A stretch of DNA of 64,000 bases from Albugo candida (lineage: Eukaryota), in contig JBDOQK010000059.1 in the NCBI GenBank assembly GCA_040437565.1, positions 124,001 to 188,000 of the forward strand, given 5' to 3'. The position numbers were made by a program, and so were the translations under genes. Within the stretch, counting starts at the first letter, position 1; each line of letters opens with the position of its first letter. Positions 1 through 13,019 of the stretch are shown here, one piece after another. The notes under the pieces were generated by a model. The model was not told the origin of the DNA and ran no database searches. It was given only the letters and a program-made list of their open reading frames with translations.

Positions 1-3000
1 AAGTTTTTTACAAAAACCAGATGGTTCCCACGACGCGCACAGACGCTCTCGGCATCCGAGAGGCATCTGGCGGAATCTAACTCGCAACGTTATCAGCTTC
101 TTCGACAAATCGATCAGGTCGACGAGATGGAACGGACTGGAACCGCTTCAATATTTATTAGCGTCTTTGACATGCAATGGCAACCACTTCCGACCAATTT
201 GGTACGTTGATACCATAAAAACGTAAGGGGAGCTTACCTGGCGATTATAGAGCGATTGGATTGTTCCAGCGAATGATTTGTACATCATTTCTCTACAGCA
301 TTGCTCAGGACTTTCTGAGACGGAGAAAGCATTCCGACATTATTTAGAGTGTGTCAATGCACCTATGCGATATCGTGGAATTCTTTCCATCTCTGACAGC
401 AATGATCGCAGTAATGAAGTATGTGTAACTTCATCGAATGAATCCTGATCACTGAACGATTCTCTGTAGGCTTGTGTCTGCCAAATCATTTTTGTGAACG
501 ACTATGACATACAAAGCGGTAATGTGCTGTTTCCCGGGTCCCATGAGCATGGCTGGTCGCAACAAACGTCCATGAGAAATACCATTGGCATTCCAGTGAG
601 ATATTATGACGCATCGATGGCCTTCGTGTCGACCAACTTGACCTCGACCTCTATGCGCTATCCCGCCGGATTCTCATTATCTCGTGGTATTTCATACGGA
701 TACGACGCAATGGCGATCGCACTTGCAGATTATAATTCAACCTCTCATTTCGAAGTGGACGCAGGTGGTACCGATCTTTTGGTCAAGAAGGCTAATGCGA
801 TGCAGCTCATACAAGCTTTCGGTATGGACTCGGACTACGCAACTATTGATTTCCCGTACCTGTATCATCATACGTTTGTCATTGGGAATCTCAACTTTGA
901 GCTTAATGTGCCACCGTCCACAACGCCTATCAGTGAAATGGTACAAGCCTACAAAGCAGAATGTCTTAAACGCTCGACAAATCAGATGATTGAACAAGCT
1001 ATTCGGGCTCGTTTTCGTGGGAATGACAATGACGATCAGCGTACAGGTAAACTGACGCAAAAAGAGCAAGAATCAAATTCAATGGAGCGGTTTACAATCA
1101 CAGACTCGTCATCAAAGAGTTTGGAGCAAAACAGAGATGAAGAGGATACTTACGTCACAGTATGGAGTGGCGAAGAAGACGGGATCGAATTCGCCATGGT
1201 CGAATCTCGATCGGAGCGACGATCCTCAAGCTCGAGACTATCGGAATGGAATTTTGATGAGGAGAGCAAACACAACTCTGATGATTACCAGAATGTACTG
1301 CTCTTCCCCACTTCTTGGGAAGCGTTCCTTGATTGGAATTTATCCAGACAAGTAGCACCATGCTCCAATGTTATCGCTGAAAAGAATGAAGGTACCCGCA
1401 CGACTCGCAAGCTAATGGATTTGCTGTCCAAATCGAATTTCCTTGAGGAAACCACTGATCGGAAATGGAATGACCTTCTCCGCTTGGATGAATTACGCAT
1501 GGCGATGGAATCGAAGGAAATATTTTGTGGCTTTGAGGAACCATTGATTAAATTCCTTCCTCCATTTCCACGATTGATTGGCAGTGCTGTCGAATACAGC
1601 GCATTGAATTCGTCATCATGTACCAAAGCATTTGTAAATGAAGGAAAATCGGATACCGATGGCCGATCGGCTCGAACTACGTGCCGCTCGTCGACGTCGG
1701 AGGAGAGGGTGCAACCTGCTTTCAAAGATCGGATCCTATCACATTCACTGCAGGATACGAAAGCGCGGCTTCGTAATCGTCAGTACTGGATCTGTGAGAA
1801 GATTCTCACCTCATCTCATAAACCTGTTTGCAGCATTTATGAGCTCGATATTGATCGACTGTATGCNNNNNNNNNNNNNNNNNNNNNNNNNNNNNNNNNN
1901 NNNNNNNNNNNNNNNNNNNNNNNNNNNNNNNNNNNNNNNNNNNNNNNNNNNNNNNNNNNNNNNNNNGAATGAAGGTACCCGCACGACTCGCAAGCTAATG
2001 GATTTGCTGTCCAAATCGAATTTCCTTGAGGACACCACTGATCGGAAATGGAATGACCTTCTCCGCTTGGATGAATTACGCATGGCGATGGAATCGAAGG
2101 AAATATTTTGTGGCTTTGAGGAACCATTGATTAAATTCCTTCCTCCATTTCCACGATTGATTGGCAGTGCTGTCGAATACAGCGCATTGAATTCGTCATC
2201 ATGTACCAAAGCATTTGTAAATGAAGGAAAATCGGATACCGATGGCCGATCGGCTCGAACTACGTGCCGCTCGTCGACGTCGGAGGAGAGGGTGCAACCT
2301 GCTTTCAAAGATCGGATCCTATCACATTCACTGCAGGATACGAAAGCGCGGCTTCGTAATCGTCAGTACTGGATCTGTGAGAAGATTCTCACCTCATCTC
2401 ATAAACCTGTTTGCAGCATTTATGAGCTCGATATTGATCGACTGTATGCGTACAAAACCAAGGAACTCGAGTTTAGTCAAGCTTTACGCGACAGAAAAGA
2501 TGTCAAAGAATATAGGATTCAGCTCGGTAATCTGGATGCGAATCTCTGGACGTACACTGGTCCACGTGATAAAGAACACAACCGACGACTACGAAGTGAT
2601 AGTTTATCGTTTGTCGCATCTGACCGACCCATACTTTTATCAGACCGATATTCCTGGTCTTCAGCTTCCAGCCGAGCCTATCATGACGTCTCCACGGCCG
2701 ATAGTGCCAGCTCCAATCATACACATTACAGAGCACGCACGAATCACCCGCACCGTCCGATTTCTCTGACGAAAAGAGTCGGTCAAGTATTTCGACACGG
2801 AGCCGATATCTTTTCCCACTCTGCCAAAGGCTTCTTGGAAGGAAATGCTTCTTCACGGAAGGAAAATACAGACAACGATTTGATCCCTGTCGAGCCTGTG
2901 CAAGTGTCTACCATCTTTCCATTACCATCCGAAGACCCATATGCGTCACAACGCAAAGTGTATGAGGTCGCCCATGCAGTGCAAGTCGGTTTCCAGCGCA

Positions 3001-4194
3001 CACGTCGAGACAAAGATGAGGAAGAAGCCGAGCTCGCGTACATGAATCAACAGACATGCTCATGGCGTGAAGCTTCTACGCGAGGAATTCGGCATTGTAC
3101 GATCGCACGTGCTGTGAACGGTGTTCTTCACATCGCTATCAAGATCCAAGCTGAGAAGGATTGTGGTGGTCAGGGCGTACTTTGCATCCGTGAAAGTCAA
3201 TTCATACAACCAACGTGTGCTGGAAAAGATGANNNNNNNNNNNNNNNNNNNNNNNNNNNNNNNNNNNNNNNNNNNNNNNNNNNNNNNNNNNNNNNNNNNN
3301 NNNNNNNNNNNNNNNNNNNNNNNNNNNNNNNNCAAGGAACTCGAGTTTAGTCAAGCTTTACGCGACAGAAAAGATGTCAAAGAATATAGGATTCAGCTCG
3401 GTAATCTGGATGCGAATCTCTGGACGTACACTGGTCCACGTGATAAAGAACACAACCGACGACTACGAAGTGATAGTTTATCGTTTGTCGCATCTGACCG
3501 ACCCATACTTTTATCAGACCGATATTCCTGGTCTTCAGCTTCCAGCCGAGCCTATCATGACGTCTCCACGGCCGATAGTGCCAGCTCCAATCATACACAT
3601 TACAGAGCACGCACGAATCACCCGCACCGTCCGATTTCTCTGACGAAAAGAGTCGGTCAAGTATTTCGACACGGAGCCGATATCTTTTCCCACTCTGCCA
3701 AAGGCTTCTTGGAAGGAAATGCTTCTTCACGGAAGGAAAATACAGACAACGATTTGATCCCTGTCGAGCCTGTGCAAGTGTCTACCATCTTTCCATTACC
3801 ATCCGAAGACCCATATGCGTCACAACGCAAAGTGTATGAGGTCGCCCATGCAGTGCAAGTCGGTTTCCAGCGCACACGTCGAGACAAAGATGAGGAAGAA
3901 GCCGAGCTCGCGTACATGAATCAACAGACATGCTCATGGCGTGAAGCTTCTACGCGAGGAATTCGGCATTGTACGATCGCACGTGCTGTGAACGGTGTTC
4001 TTCACATCGCTATCAAGATCCAAGCTGAGAAGGATTGTGGTGGTCAGGGCGTACTTTGCATCCGTGAAAGTCAATTCATACAACCAACGTGTGCTGGAAA
4101 AGATGAGTTTAAGCGCGTCCCGTTCGATCTGAAGCTCACGTGGGGTGGCCGCCACGTTGGCTATCTTCATGGTGATATTGTTAGCATTTTCTAA
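1..4194 (+). CDS. Inositol polyphosphate 5-phosphatase-like protein with C-terminal C2-like domain (SHIP-like layout), catalytically degenerate; 5' end probably outside the window
   Basis: Spliced frame: 1-201, intron 202-250, exon 251-418, intron 419-469, then 470-4194 after removing two gap duplications. It yields SIFISVFDM, DLYIISLQH, FVSTNL, YHHTFVIGNLNFEL, LLRLDELRMAMESKEIFCGFEEPLIKFLPPF, PAFKDRIL and SSHKPV in 5-phosphatase motif order. Confidence 0.75.
1384..2449. repeat. Gap-flank duplication: 1384-1866 repeated at 1967-2449 around 100 N
   Basis: The 483-bp copies match except GAGGAAACC vs GAGGACACC (E/D). Confidence 0.9.
2459..4106. repeat. Gap-flank duplication: 2459-3232 repeated at 3333-4106
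   Basis: 774-bp copies either side of N 3233-3332, giving identical ORF translations. Confidence 0.9.
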
Positions 4195-4249
4195 TTTGAC
4201 CCACCAGCCCTCTGTGACCTTTTGAGATCGCTCCATCAACGTCTGCTTC

Positions 4250-5334
4250 ATGGTCCTTACGGAAGGTGGTGAAGCTACAAATGCCAATGGAGAGAGTGAA
4301 GAGATTCGCCAAGCAATCCTTCTTCGTGAAAAATTATCGCAAAACAATAGCAAGTAGGCAGATTTTTCTTTCTCTTTTTTCTCTCATGTCGCCTTGCTGG
4401 TAGGCTCCAACGCAAACTCAGTGCTTTTCTGCATGCGCAACAAGGAAATAATAACAGCGCAGTGACGTCTATCTCCTCTTCCTCCGAGAAAGAGATTTCT
4501 TCCTGCGGTAATGGGAATAGTATCGCGAATGAGAAGCGGTATTATGAAAACCTCGATTGTTTGCACGACACACAGACACATACATATTCATTAAAAAGGG
4601 ATTATGATCGAGTTGCCACAGAACTCAAAATGAAAGTCGACGAGAAAGAGGTCAAAGTGATTGAGATCTACGAATCCTTCCTGAGGTTCAAGCGCGAGGT
4701 TGCAGGAAATGCGGAAAGTATGCGCACAGGACGGACGCTATCGAAACGGGTCATTGTGGAAATGGAAAACAGCGAAGTGAAAAAAGATCAAGAAATCGAG
4801 AAATTTCGGCTCAAGTTTATTCATTTGAGAACGAAAGTGAAGCGATTGGAGCAGCAATTGCATGCAAAGGAACAATTAGCAGAAGGTTTACATTTGATCG
4901 ATTTTGAACAACTTAAATTTGAGAATCAAACATTGAGTGAGAAGATCGAAGAGCGTACTGAAGAACTTACAAAGTTAAGAAAGAAAACTACGTCCACAGC
5001 GCAAGTTCTCACACACGTGAAAGAGAAGCTTCATTTTGTGCTTGTAGAGAACCAAAAACTCAAGAAGGAGCTTGTACAAGTTGATGACATGGTCCGAGCA
5101 AATCGCGAGATCCTTGCCAGATCAAAAAAAGACCGGGAGTCAAAGCGACGCCATTTGACTCAGCTGAGGGAAGCAGATGGTGCTTTAAACTCGGATGCTT
5201 TGATTCAAGACTACAACGAGAGAAAAGTTGAGTACAGAGAGCTCGAAAGTCGGCTATCGGGATTGAAAAAACACCTTGCATTTTTAAAGCAGCTTTTGAC
5301 GCCCACGGACCCCAGTGCTTATGAAAATATATGA
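4250..5334 (+). CDS. CCDC96: CCDC96/CFAP184-family (DUF4201) flagellar coiled-coil protein
   Basis: Contains LAEGLHLIDFEQLKFENQTLSEKIEER and QVLTHVKEKL. Exon 1 is 4250-4353 and a GT-AG intron at 4354-4403 joins it in frame to the 4462 ORF. Confidence 0.85.
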
Positions 5335-5804
5335 GAATTGCCGCGTAGCATTCATATGTTTAGTGGCGTGCGCTTGGTCACTTTTATGTAGTCAAAACAG
5401 GAGGAGGTCGAAGAGGAACGGTTCATTTAGTTGAAAACACCTTTTGCTTCTAATCTGGAGTGTCAACTTCTTGTATCCACGCAAGCGAGATAGTATAAGA
5501 TCATTGGAGTTCTTTGAAGGTATAAGACCATTTGCATTTTCCATAAAAAGTCAGAATTTGGAGGCACAGAAGTGATCAGCTGTAAGGAACAGAGGCTTGA
5601 TTGCCACTGATGTCACAGATGTTTGATTCTATCTAAGGCGTGTGATAAGCTCGAAATTCACGTATCCAATAGGCTTCCATGAAGAGGAAGGGAACATACA
5701 ACGACAAAGACTTTTGCGCAATTTTATCTCATTCTCGGGATCAAATTATAGAAGCACGCAACCAAACGCTCACAAGCCGATGCGAAGCACCTTATACTTT
5801 CAAC

Positions 5805-6173
5805 TTAAACGCCTACTTTATCGTCATTTCCTTCTTTTGTCATCACTGCGGTCAGCAGATCCATGATCGAATCGCGAAGCATACTCCGGTCCCCTCGGGC
5901 GGCATCGACAACGGCTTGTGCACGGGACAACGCCAACATATTGGGACTTTGGTGTCATACGGCGCGGATGATATTTTTTGAAACGGTGGCAGTGTCTTGG
6001 TCGGGAGTATTCGCAATTACGTCTTCAATGCTTTGTCCAAAATGAAATATGTCGTTCTGAGTAGCTAAGATATTCCTTCGTAATCCTGAAGATGTACGAT
6101 GTTTTTCTTCTTCACATTGTACCGGAATGGATGTGTAGAGTGCAGCGACGATCGAGATGGTGATGATTTGCAT
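5805..6173 (-). pseudogene. Small secreted protein candidate with an in-frame premature stop (or a 72-aa secreted peptide)
   Basis: Signal-peptide-like MQIITISIVAALYTSIPVQC. TGA at 5955-5957 is followed by 49 more open codons to TAA at 5805. Inr-FPR-like CATTCTACAATTTG lies just upstream. Confidence 0.45.
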
Positions 6174-6742
6174 TGTGGAGATTGAATCAAATTGTAGAAT
6201 GTGTTCATCGTACTCGTTGAGATTGCATAGAGCGCTTTCGACTCTTTATCTATGCGAGAAATTGTCAGCGTGAGTCGAAGAAAGTTCAAGAGCATTCTAG
6301 TTGTATTCCTGTGTGGATATTATCGTCAGAAAAGCTGCAGGTTATTTTAATTTGATTCACGACAACACATAGATCAAAAGCTACTGTAGTTTGTGCGTTT
6401 ACATTAGCAATTTGTGGCTAATGGATGTTAGGTCGCAGCTAACTATAAACTTTGATAGTATTCACTAGTGCCTGCGTTCTGGTCGCTACAAATGATCATC
6501 TGGCGGAGTTAAGCAATAACTCCAGTACTCGTGCAACGTTAGCGTCAACTGGTATGCTTGACACATGCAGGTTGAATGTCTGAAACAAAGCGAACGGGTG
6601 TGAAGAAGAACTAAATACAAACCATGAAGACTTGCTACTCAACTCGAGATAGCTGAACAGGAATTTTACCCAGTCTACGTCGTACAACAATCTCTTTATT
6701 TGGAATATAGAAAACAAGCAAACACAAAAGTACTACACGTAT

Positions 6743-7870
6743 TCATTGACACTTCACCCCGTTCTTCGGATCTTTTGGTATATTCTGGCATTTGGCAAGT
6801 CCTTCCGCCGTACCACCCGTAATTTGTATATTGCTCCATTGCCAATCAGAACACGAGCCATCTCCGCAGTAAACAAGGACCCGCTGTGCCTTTTCTCTAA
6901 CGGTACCTTTGAAATTGCTGATTTTCAGTCCTCTGATTTCAACTCCATTGGTCGCAGCCCTTTGTGGCACATTGCCTTTTGCGTCCAAGTAATCTTGACG
7001 AATGAGAATGCCAAAATCCTTGATGTTATTTATTACGATGTCGGTTACTTTGATGTTAATCACACTTCCCGACGCGCCTTGTATAGTCTTGATGCGAAAA
7101 CCGTTGAGGCTATCTGTGATATTAATGTAGGATATAGTTACGTCGCTAACGTCATTAACCCGCTTTTGACCGATCGACCCGATAGATGCGCCATTGCCTC
7201 CCAGACATTGTGATTTTGTAAACGTAATATTGCTTCCAGAGGTAGCCGTGAAGCAATCGTCTTGATTATGTACGTAGCAGTCTCTGATTATGATACCCGT
7301 CGATTGCGTCACGTGAAACCCATCCGTATTTTTGGCAAGGCCGTCGCCGGCTTGATTGTCGATATTGATATTGTTGAAGATTGTGTTTTGTGAATTGGAT
7401 ATCATAAAGACATGAGCAGGTGCATTCAAAACGGAGAGACCTTCGACGTGAGAGTCGACTAAGTGGAATAGGAAAAATTTCGGATTCAGTTTGCCATCAT
7501 TATTATTCTTATCCCAGTAGCATGCTCCGCTCCCATCAAACTTATTACCAGTCGCGCCGGTGATATGCACATTTTTTCCTTCGATATATACGAAATATTC
7601 CAAAGCGTGCCTATTTTGTGGATTGCATTTGAAAACAATCGTTCCGGTAAAAACGAGTTCTATGCCCTGTGGGAGCACGCGCAAATCAAGCTTCTTCCCA
7701 GCGGGTACCGTTAAATCTCCGAAAGTGACAATGGTGCATTTCTTTTGGACTATTACTTCCAATATTTTATCGACGTCTTGATCGACAGGAATAGTGCAGC
7801 GAACTGGAGATCGTGCAAGTGCGCACTTTAGCAGCACAAATATATAGAATGCTTGATGTTTCGACAACAT
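6743..7870 (-). CDS. Secreted GH28 polygalacturonase-like protein PG1 (intronless), first assembly copy
   Basis: Signal peptide MLSKHQAFYIFVLLKCALA; motifs NTDG, QDD, GGNGASIGS, RIKT; C-terminal CGDGSCSDWQW. Confidence 0.93.
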   Translation of the reverse strand: MLSKHQAFYIFVLLKCALARSPVRCTIPVDQDVDKILEVIVQKKCTIVTFGDLTVPAGKKLDLRVLPQGIELVFTGTIVFKCNPQNRHALEYFVYIEGKNVHITGATGNKFDGSGACYWDKNNNDGKLNPKFFLFHLVDSHVEGLSVLNAPAHVFMISNSQNTIFNNINIDNQAGDGLAKNTDGFHVTQSTGIIIRDCYVHNQDDCFTATSGSNITFTKSQCLGGNGASIGSIGQKRVNDVSDVTISYINITDSLNGFRIKTIQGASGSVINIKVTDIVINNIKDFGILIRQDYLDAKGNVPQRAATNGVEIRGLKISNFKGTVREKAQRVLVYCGDGSCSDWQWSNIQITGGTAEGLAKCQNIPKDPKNGVKCQ

Positions 7871-8565
7871 ATTTTGATGCTTTTTGATGTTCGAAAGGCC
7901 GCAAATCGTAATATGATCGATCAAGAAGGAAAGGTGCTATTTAAATATTTCTGCTATCAGTAGTGCGTCACTAATGTTGGGTCTTTACGGAAGGTAACCA
8001 GACCTGTCGCCATTTCCTCATGGCATTCGGATTTCTTGCTTAAAAGACGAGAAAGAGTGAATTCAAGCCTCCTGAGTTCTCTATTTTTGGGCGTGCGTCC
8101 CCTTTCCTGGAGAACAGACACATATAGTGGTGTGCTTCCTGATCTTTAAAACATCTGGACACTTACGCTACTACTCGCCCTGCGAGCGTTCAATGACACG
8201 GATCAGTTACGGATCAGTATCAGAGAACATATGTGGTGATGCAAGTGCACATGTAGAAATACTTAATTGGAATTGCATACGTTTACTGATAGTGTATATA
8301 GAATAATTCATTGAAGGAGCGTGCGTATACTGATGCCACNNNNNNNNNNNNNNNNNNNNNNNNNNNNNNNNNNNNNNNNNNNNNNNNNNNNNNNNNNNNN
8401 NNNNNNNNNNNNNNNNNNNNNNNNNNNNNNNNNNNNNNNACAAACCATGAAGACTTGCTACTCAACTCGAGATAGCTGAACAGGAATTTTACCCAGTCTA
8501 CGTCGTACAACAATCTCTTTATTTGGAATATAGAAAACAAGCAAACACAAAAGTACTACACGTAT

Positions 8566-9693
8566 TCATTGACACTTCACCCCGTTCTTCGGATCTTTTG
8601 GTATATTCTGGCATTTGGCAAGTCCTTCCGCCGTACCACCCGTAATTTGTATATTGCTCCATTGCCAATCAGAACACGAGCCATCTCCGCAGTAAACAAG
8701 GACCCGCTGTGCCTTTTCTCTAACGGTACCTTTGAAATTGCTGATTTTCAGTCCTCTGATTTCAACTCCATTGGTCGCAGCCCTTTGTGGCACATTGCCT
8801 TTTGCGTCCAAGTAATCTTGACGAATGAGAATGCCAAAATCCTTGATGTTATTTATTACGATGTCGGTTACTTTGATGTTAATCACACTTCCCGACGCGC
8901 CTTGTATAGTCTTGATGCGAAAACCGTTGAGGCTATCTGTGATATTAATGTAGGATATAGTTACGTCGCTAACGTCATTAACCCGCTTTTGACCGATCGA
9001 CCCGATAGATGCGCCATTGCCTCCCAGACATTGTGATTTTGTAAACGTAATATTGCTTCCAGAGGTAGCCGTGAAGCAATCGTCTTGATTATGTACGTAG
9101 CAGTCTCTGATTATGATACCCGTCGATTGCGTCACGTGAAACCCATCCGTATTTTTGGCAAGGCCGTCGCCGGCTTGATTGTCGATATTGATATTGTTGA
9201 AGATTGTGTTTTGTGAATTGGATATCATAAAGACATGAGCAGGTGCATTCAAAACGGAGAGACCTTCGACGTGAGAGTCGACTAAGTGGAATAGGAAAAA
9301 TTTCGGATTCAGTTTGCCATCATTATTATTCTTATCCCAGTAGCATGCTCCGCTCCCATCAAACTTATTACCAGTCGCGCCGGTGATATGCACATTTTTT
9401 CCTTCGATATATACGAAATATTCCAAAGCGTGCCTATTTTGTGGATTGCATTTGAAAACAATCGTTCCGGTAAAAACGAGTTCTATGCCCTGTGGGAGCA
9501 CGCGCAAATCAAGCTTCTTCCCAGCGGGTACCGTTAAATCTCCGAAAGTGACAATGGTGCATTTCTTTTGGACTATTACTTCCAATATTTTATCGACGTC
9601 TTGATCGACAGGAATAGTGCAGCGAACTGGAGATCGTGCAAGTGCGCACTTTAGCAGCACAAATATATAGAATGCTTGATGTTTCGACAACAT
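8566..9693 (-). CDS. GH28 PG1, second assembly copy (probably not a separate gene)
   Basis: Identical translation to 6743-7870 and lies inside the gap-flank duplication. Confidence 0.85.
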   Translation of the reverse strand: MLSKHQAFYIFVLLKCALARSPVRCTIPVDQDVDKILEVIVQKKCTIVTFGDLTVPAGKKLDLRVLPQGIELVFTGTIVFKCNPQNRHALEYFVYIEGKNVHITGATGNKFDGSGACYWDKNNNDGKLNPKFFLFHLVDSHVEGLSVLNAPAHVFMISNSQNTIFNNINIDNQAGDGLAKNTDGFHVTQSTGIIIRDCYVHNQDDCFTATSGSNITFTKSQCLGGNGASIGSIGQKRVNDVSDVTISYINITDSLNGFRIKTIQGASGSVINIKVTDIVINNIKDFGILIRQDYLDAKGNVPQRAATNGVEIRGLKISNFKGTVREKAQRVLVYCGDGSCSDWQWSNIQITGGTAEGLAKCQNIPKDPKNGVKCQ

Positions 9694-10070
9694 ATTTTGA
9701 TGCTTTTTGATGTTCGAAAGGCCGCAAATCGTAATATGATCGATCAAGAAGGAAAGGTGCTATTTAAATATTTCTGCTATCAGTAGTGCGTCACTAATGT
9801 TGGGTCTTTACGGAAGGTAACCAGACCTGTCGCCATTTCCTCATGGCATTCGGATTTCTTGCTTAAAAGACGAGAAAGAGTGAATTCAAGCCTCCTGAGT
9901 TCTCTATTTTTGGGCGTGCGTCCCCTTTCCTGGAGAACAGACACATATAGTGGTGTGCTTCCTGATCTTTAAAACATCTGGACACTTACGCTACTACTCG
10001 CCCTGCGAGCGTTCAATGACACGGATCAGTTACGGATCAGTATCAGAGAACATATGTGGTGATGCAAGTG

Positions 10071-10225
10071 CACATGTAGAAATACTTAATTGGAATTGCA
10101 TACGTTTACTGATAGTGTATATAGAATAATTCATTGAAGGAGCGTGCGTATACTGATGCCACTTGTTAAAGTACTTCATTGGAATGACGTGCGTTTACTG
10201 ATGCCACGTGTTAAAGTTCTTTGAA
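10071..10225. repeat. Degenerate ~45-bp tandem repeat, about 3.5 units
   Basis: Units start at 10071, 10116, 10160 and 10205. Unit 3 is CACTTGTTAAAGTACTTCATTGGAATGACGTGCGTTTACTGATGC. A partial copy also lies in the duplicated flank at 8248-8339. Confidence 0.8.
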
Positions 10226-13019
10226 AACTGACTCTATGATTATATTATACATTACATGCGGTGGGAGCCCTAACTTTGCCATGTGGCTACCCTGCTAGCA
10301 CCCAGGGGATGATGCGTTGCTGGCGACACCATTTGGATTATAAGCTTCTGGAGAAAGTCAAAATAGGGGACAGAAACGCATGATATATTTGTGTGAATTT
10401 GTGCGATCAGCTTACAGCGTCTGATTATCCTTATGTCTTGAACAAAGAATCAGTAGCACATTCAAATTCCATCGTCAAATCCACTCTCTCCAGCGTTTCG
10501 CCGATCAGAAGAACCGAGCAGCAGAGTCAGACAAGTGCCTATATAGCGTCAGACAAAGCAATCAACGATTACTTCGTGTTGAATAGTAGTATGTCGTAAC
10601 ATTGTATGGGTTTGACATGCTTTGAATTCAAACACGATGCAAAAGGAGAAGCTGCTAGCGATCACATTCATAGAATCAAGAGATTTTAAGGCGTCTTCTC
10701 GAAGACATGGAGTCAACTTTAAAATGGGGTTGTATTCTGAGAGAAGACGTCAAGATGGAGTCCTGGGAGACAATTACGACCTCGCGACGCTATGTATATG
10801 TGGATGACTGTGACGCATGGTTCATCTTATTCTAGCGACAGTGAGCGCTTCGATAGCATTCTTGCGGTAAGAATCCTAGTCTCAATAATAAAAAGAAGGG
10901 GGAAGATAACATATCGACGCGATTATTCAAGTCCCGACTCGTCTGGGCTTTCCAAGAGGGGAATTAGGCCACGCTTACAAGCCACCGATTCTGTATGAAC
11001 AAAACTGATCGACACCGTCGATTTCTTCGAGGTTCAGCTCGGACGCCAGTGTGAGCTAACGAGGTTTGTTCATCACCAATACTTTCTGACACGCACAATT
11101 CATTTACCAAAACAAGATTAGTAATGCTTGTGGACTAGATATTTTGTAACGAATTTGTAAGTAGGTTCAAAGTTGAGGCACGCAAAGACGAAAACCCAAT
11201 GAAATGTCTATGAGGATTTTGACCACACCTCAGCGAAGCCAGATTAAGTCTAAATGTTTCCTTCTCAAGATTGTGGGTTATTGCATAGGATGCATGATTA
11301 CAGCCCGAAGAACAGAATCTGTTGGCAATTTTTTACCAGTAAACAGAGAGAATCATGTATTCAATATAAAAGGACCGAAGAACACTGGCAACGAGATCTC
11401 AGTGTCTCTGACTATGATAATCAGCATTTTGATGTTCTCCCTTTATCAGCTGTATGCGTTTCTTGCTTGTGTGAGTCGGTACCTTGGTTTATCTAAGATC
11501 GACAACTTGAGCACTGAGAACGATGCATTCTTACTGAGTCTAGGAAAGTCTACATAGACGCATGCCGCATCTTTGATAGAATACAATTGTGTCAACTGAG
11601 ATCCACAAATATGCTGCATGAGAAGGGCGTGAGATACATTTCTTATTTGTCTTGCTGCCGGGCAAAGAATAAATTTGGCTTGCAATTTTGTTAGTATACA
11701 CCGCGAGCAAGCCTCACACATTATATGACGGTTTGAGATTGCGATTCCATCAAAGCGAAGCATCACCCAAAATAAATCACTACTGAGCCGTGTACAGTGC
11801 AGATATCGTGATAATACTGAAGTGGGGATTCGTATCTCATTACACTTGAGACGCGTGCATTAGTTCAGTGCAAAGCCGCACTAAGATGTACATTGTCAAA
11901 TGATCGATGTACCTTTTTATTCAGCACATGCCAGGTGGCCACTAATTGTCTAACTCGATGTTGTTTATCCAAGTGTCGACCTCTGACATCTCAGCGAGAC
12001 CAATCAGAATATCGCCATTTTCGATGATATAGTATTCGGGCCACAAAATGAGATATAGCTGCTGGGAAAATGACTGCCTCAATATATTGAGTTAGGACCT
12101 AGAAAGCCATACAACACAATACGCTTGCATAAGACATCCCGAGCAAAAGAAAATCTAGATAGGACTAAAATGAAATCATGGAATTACAATGACTCTTGCA
12201 AGATTGGATCGAGACTTCTCGTTATAAAAAATCTATATCCTGAATGTGCTGTTGCCTCCAAATTATCCCTACATACTGCTAGAAATCATTGATATAGCTC
12301 CTAGAGATAGAGTGTGACCACCATCTGCCTGTGGTAATACCCTCTCTCCTCAATTAATCTGAGTTTTTGTCTGCATATTCAGTCGTCCTTTAGTTTGATT
12401 CCATTCCAGACAAACCCTATCGTCCGAGTATTTCTCAGCTTTTTAAACGTCATAGTTTGTTTTCGATTTATCTATCAATACATTCTTGAATGTACTGTTG
12501 TGTGCATTGTTTTTTTATTTGAGAGATGTACACAGATGTCTTTTTTAAAAGATGGTACGATTATTGACTTGTATGAGGCATCTGCAGTGAATCGCAGCTG
12601 ACAAGTACGAGATCACCACATTCTAAACAACTTCAAAGGGAAGACTCCAATGACCGGCCTTGAGACGCTCCACCACAAATTGCGGAATGTGTATATGATC
12701 GGTCCTACTGGCCGAGCTGGAAAGCCTTAATAAAAAATACTACGGCGAGGTAAATCACCTTTCCTTAGCGGGTTTGTGATGCAACAATCCGTTGCACATA
12801 TATTGCACCCGCACATGGCGATGTGCTTTGGATACTCGAGTCTAACCATATACCCTCTCTAAAAAATATTATCTCGTATGCTTCGAAAACAACTGTGATG
12901 TAATCGATGTATGGTCATCACTCGACATCTGAAGAAACGTGGAGGTGCACAATACAGCGCAATGAAGTGTGTTCCTCAACAAGCTAAAATTCTAGAAAGC
13001 TCGATTTACATCGTCATAC

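Larger units (their letters stand above)
6617..10162. repeat. Gap-flank duplication: 6617-8339 repeated at 8440-10162, containing the whole PG1 gene
   Basis: 1723-bp copies either side of N 8340-8439; identical 393-aa ORF translations. Confidence 0.9.

Noticed and set aside
6743-9693. Recent tandem duplication of PG1
   Set aside because: Identical copies abut a 100-N gap, the same pattern seen at seven other gaps; best explained as assembly overlap.
10071-10225. CRISPR-like repeat array
   Set aside because: Units are contiguous and degenerate with no unique spacers, the context is eukaryotic, and there are no cas genes.
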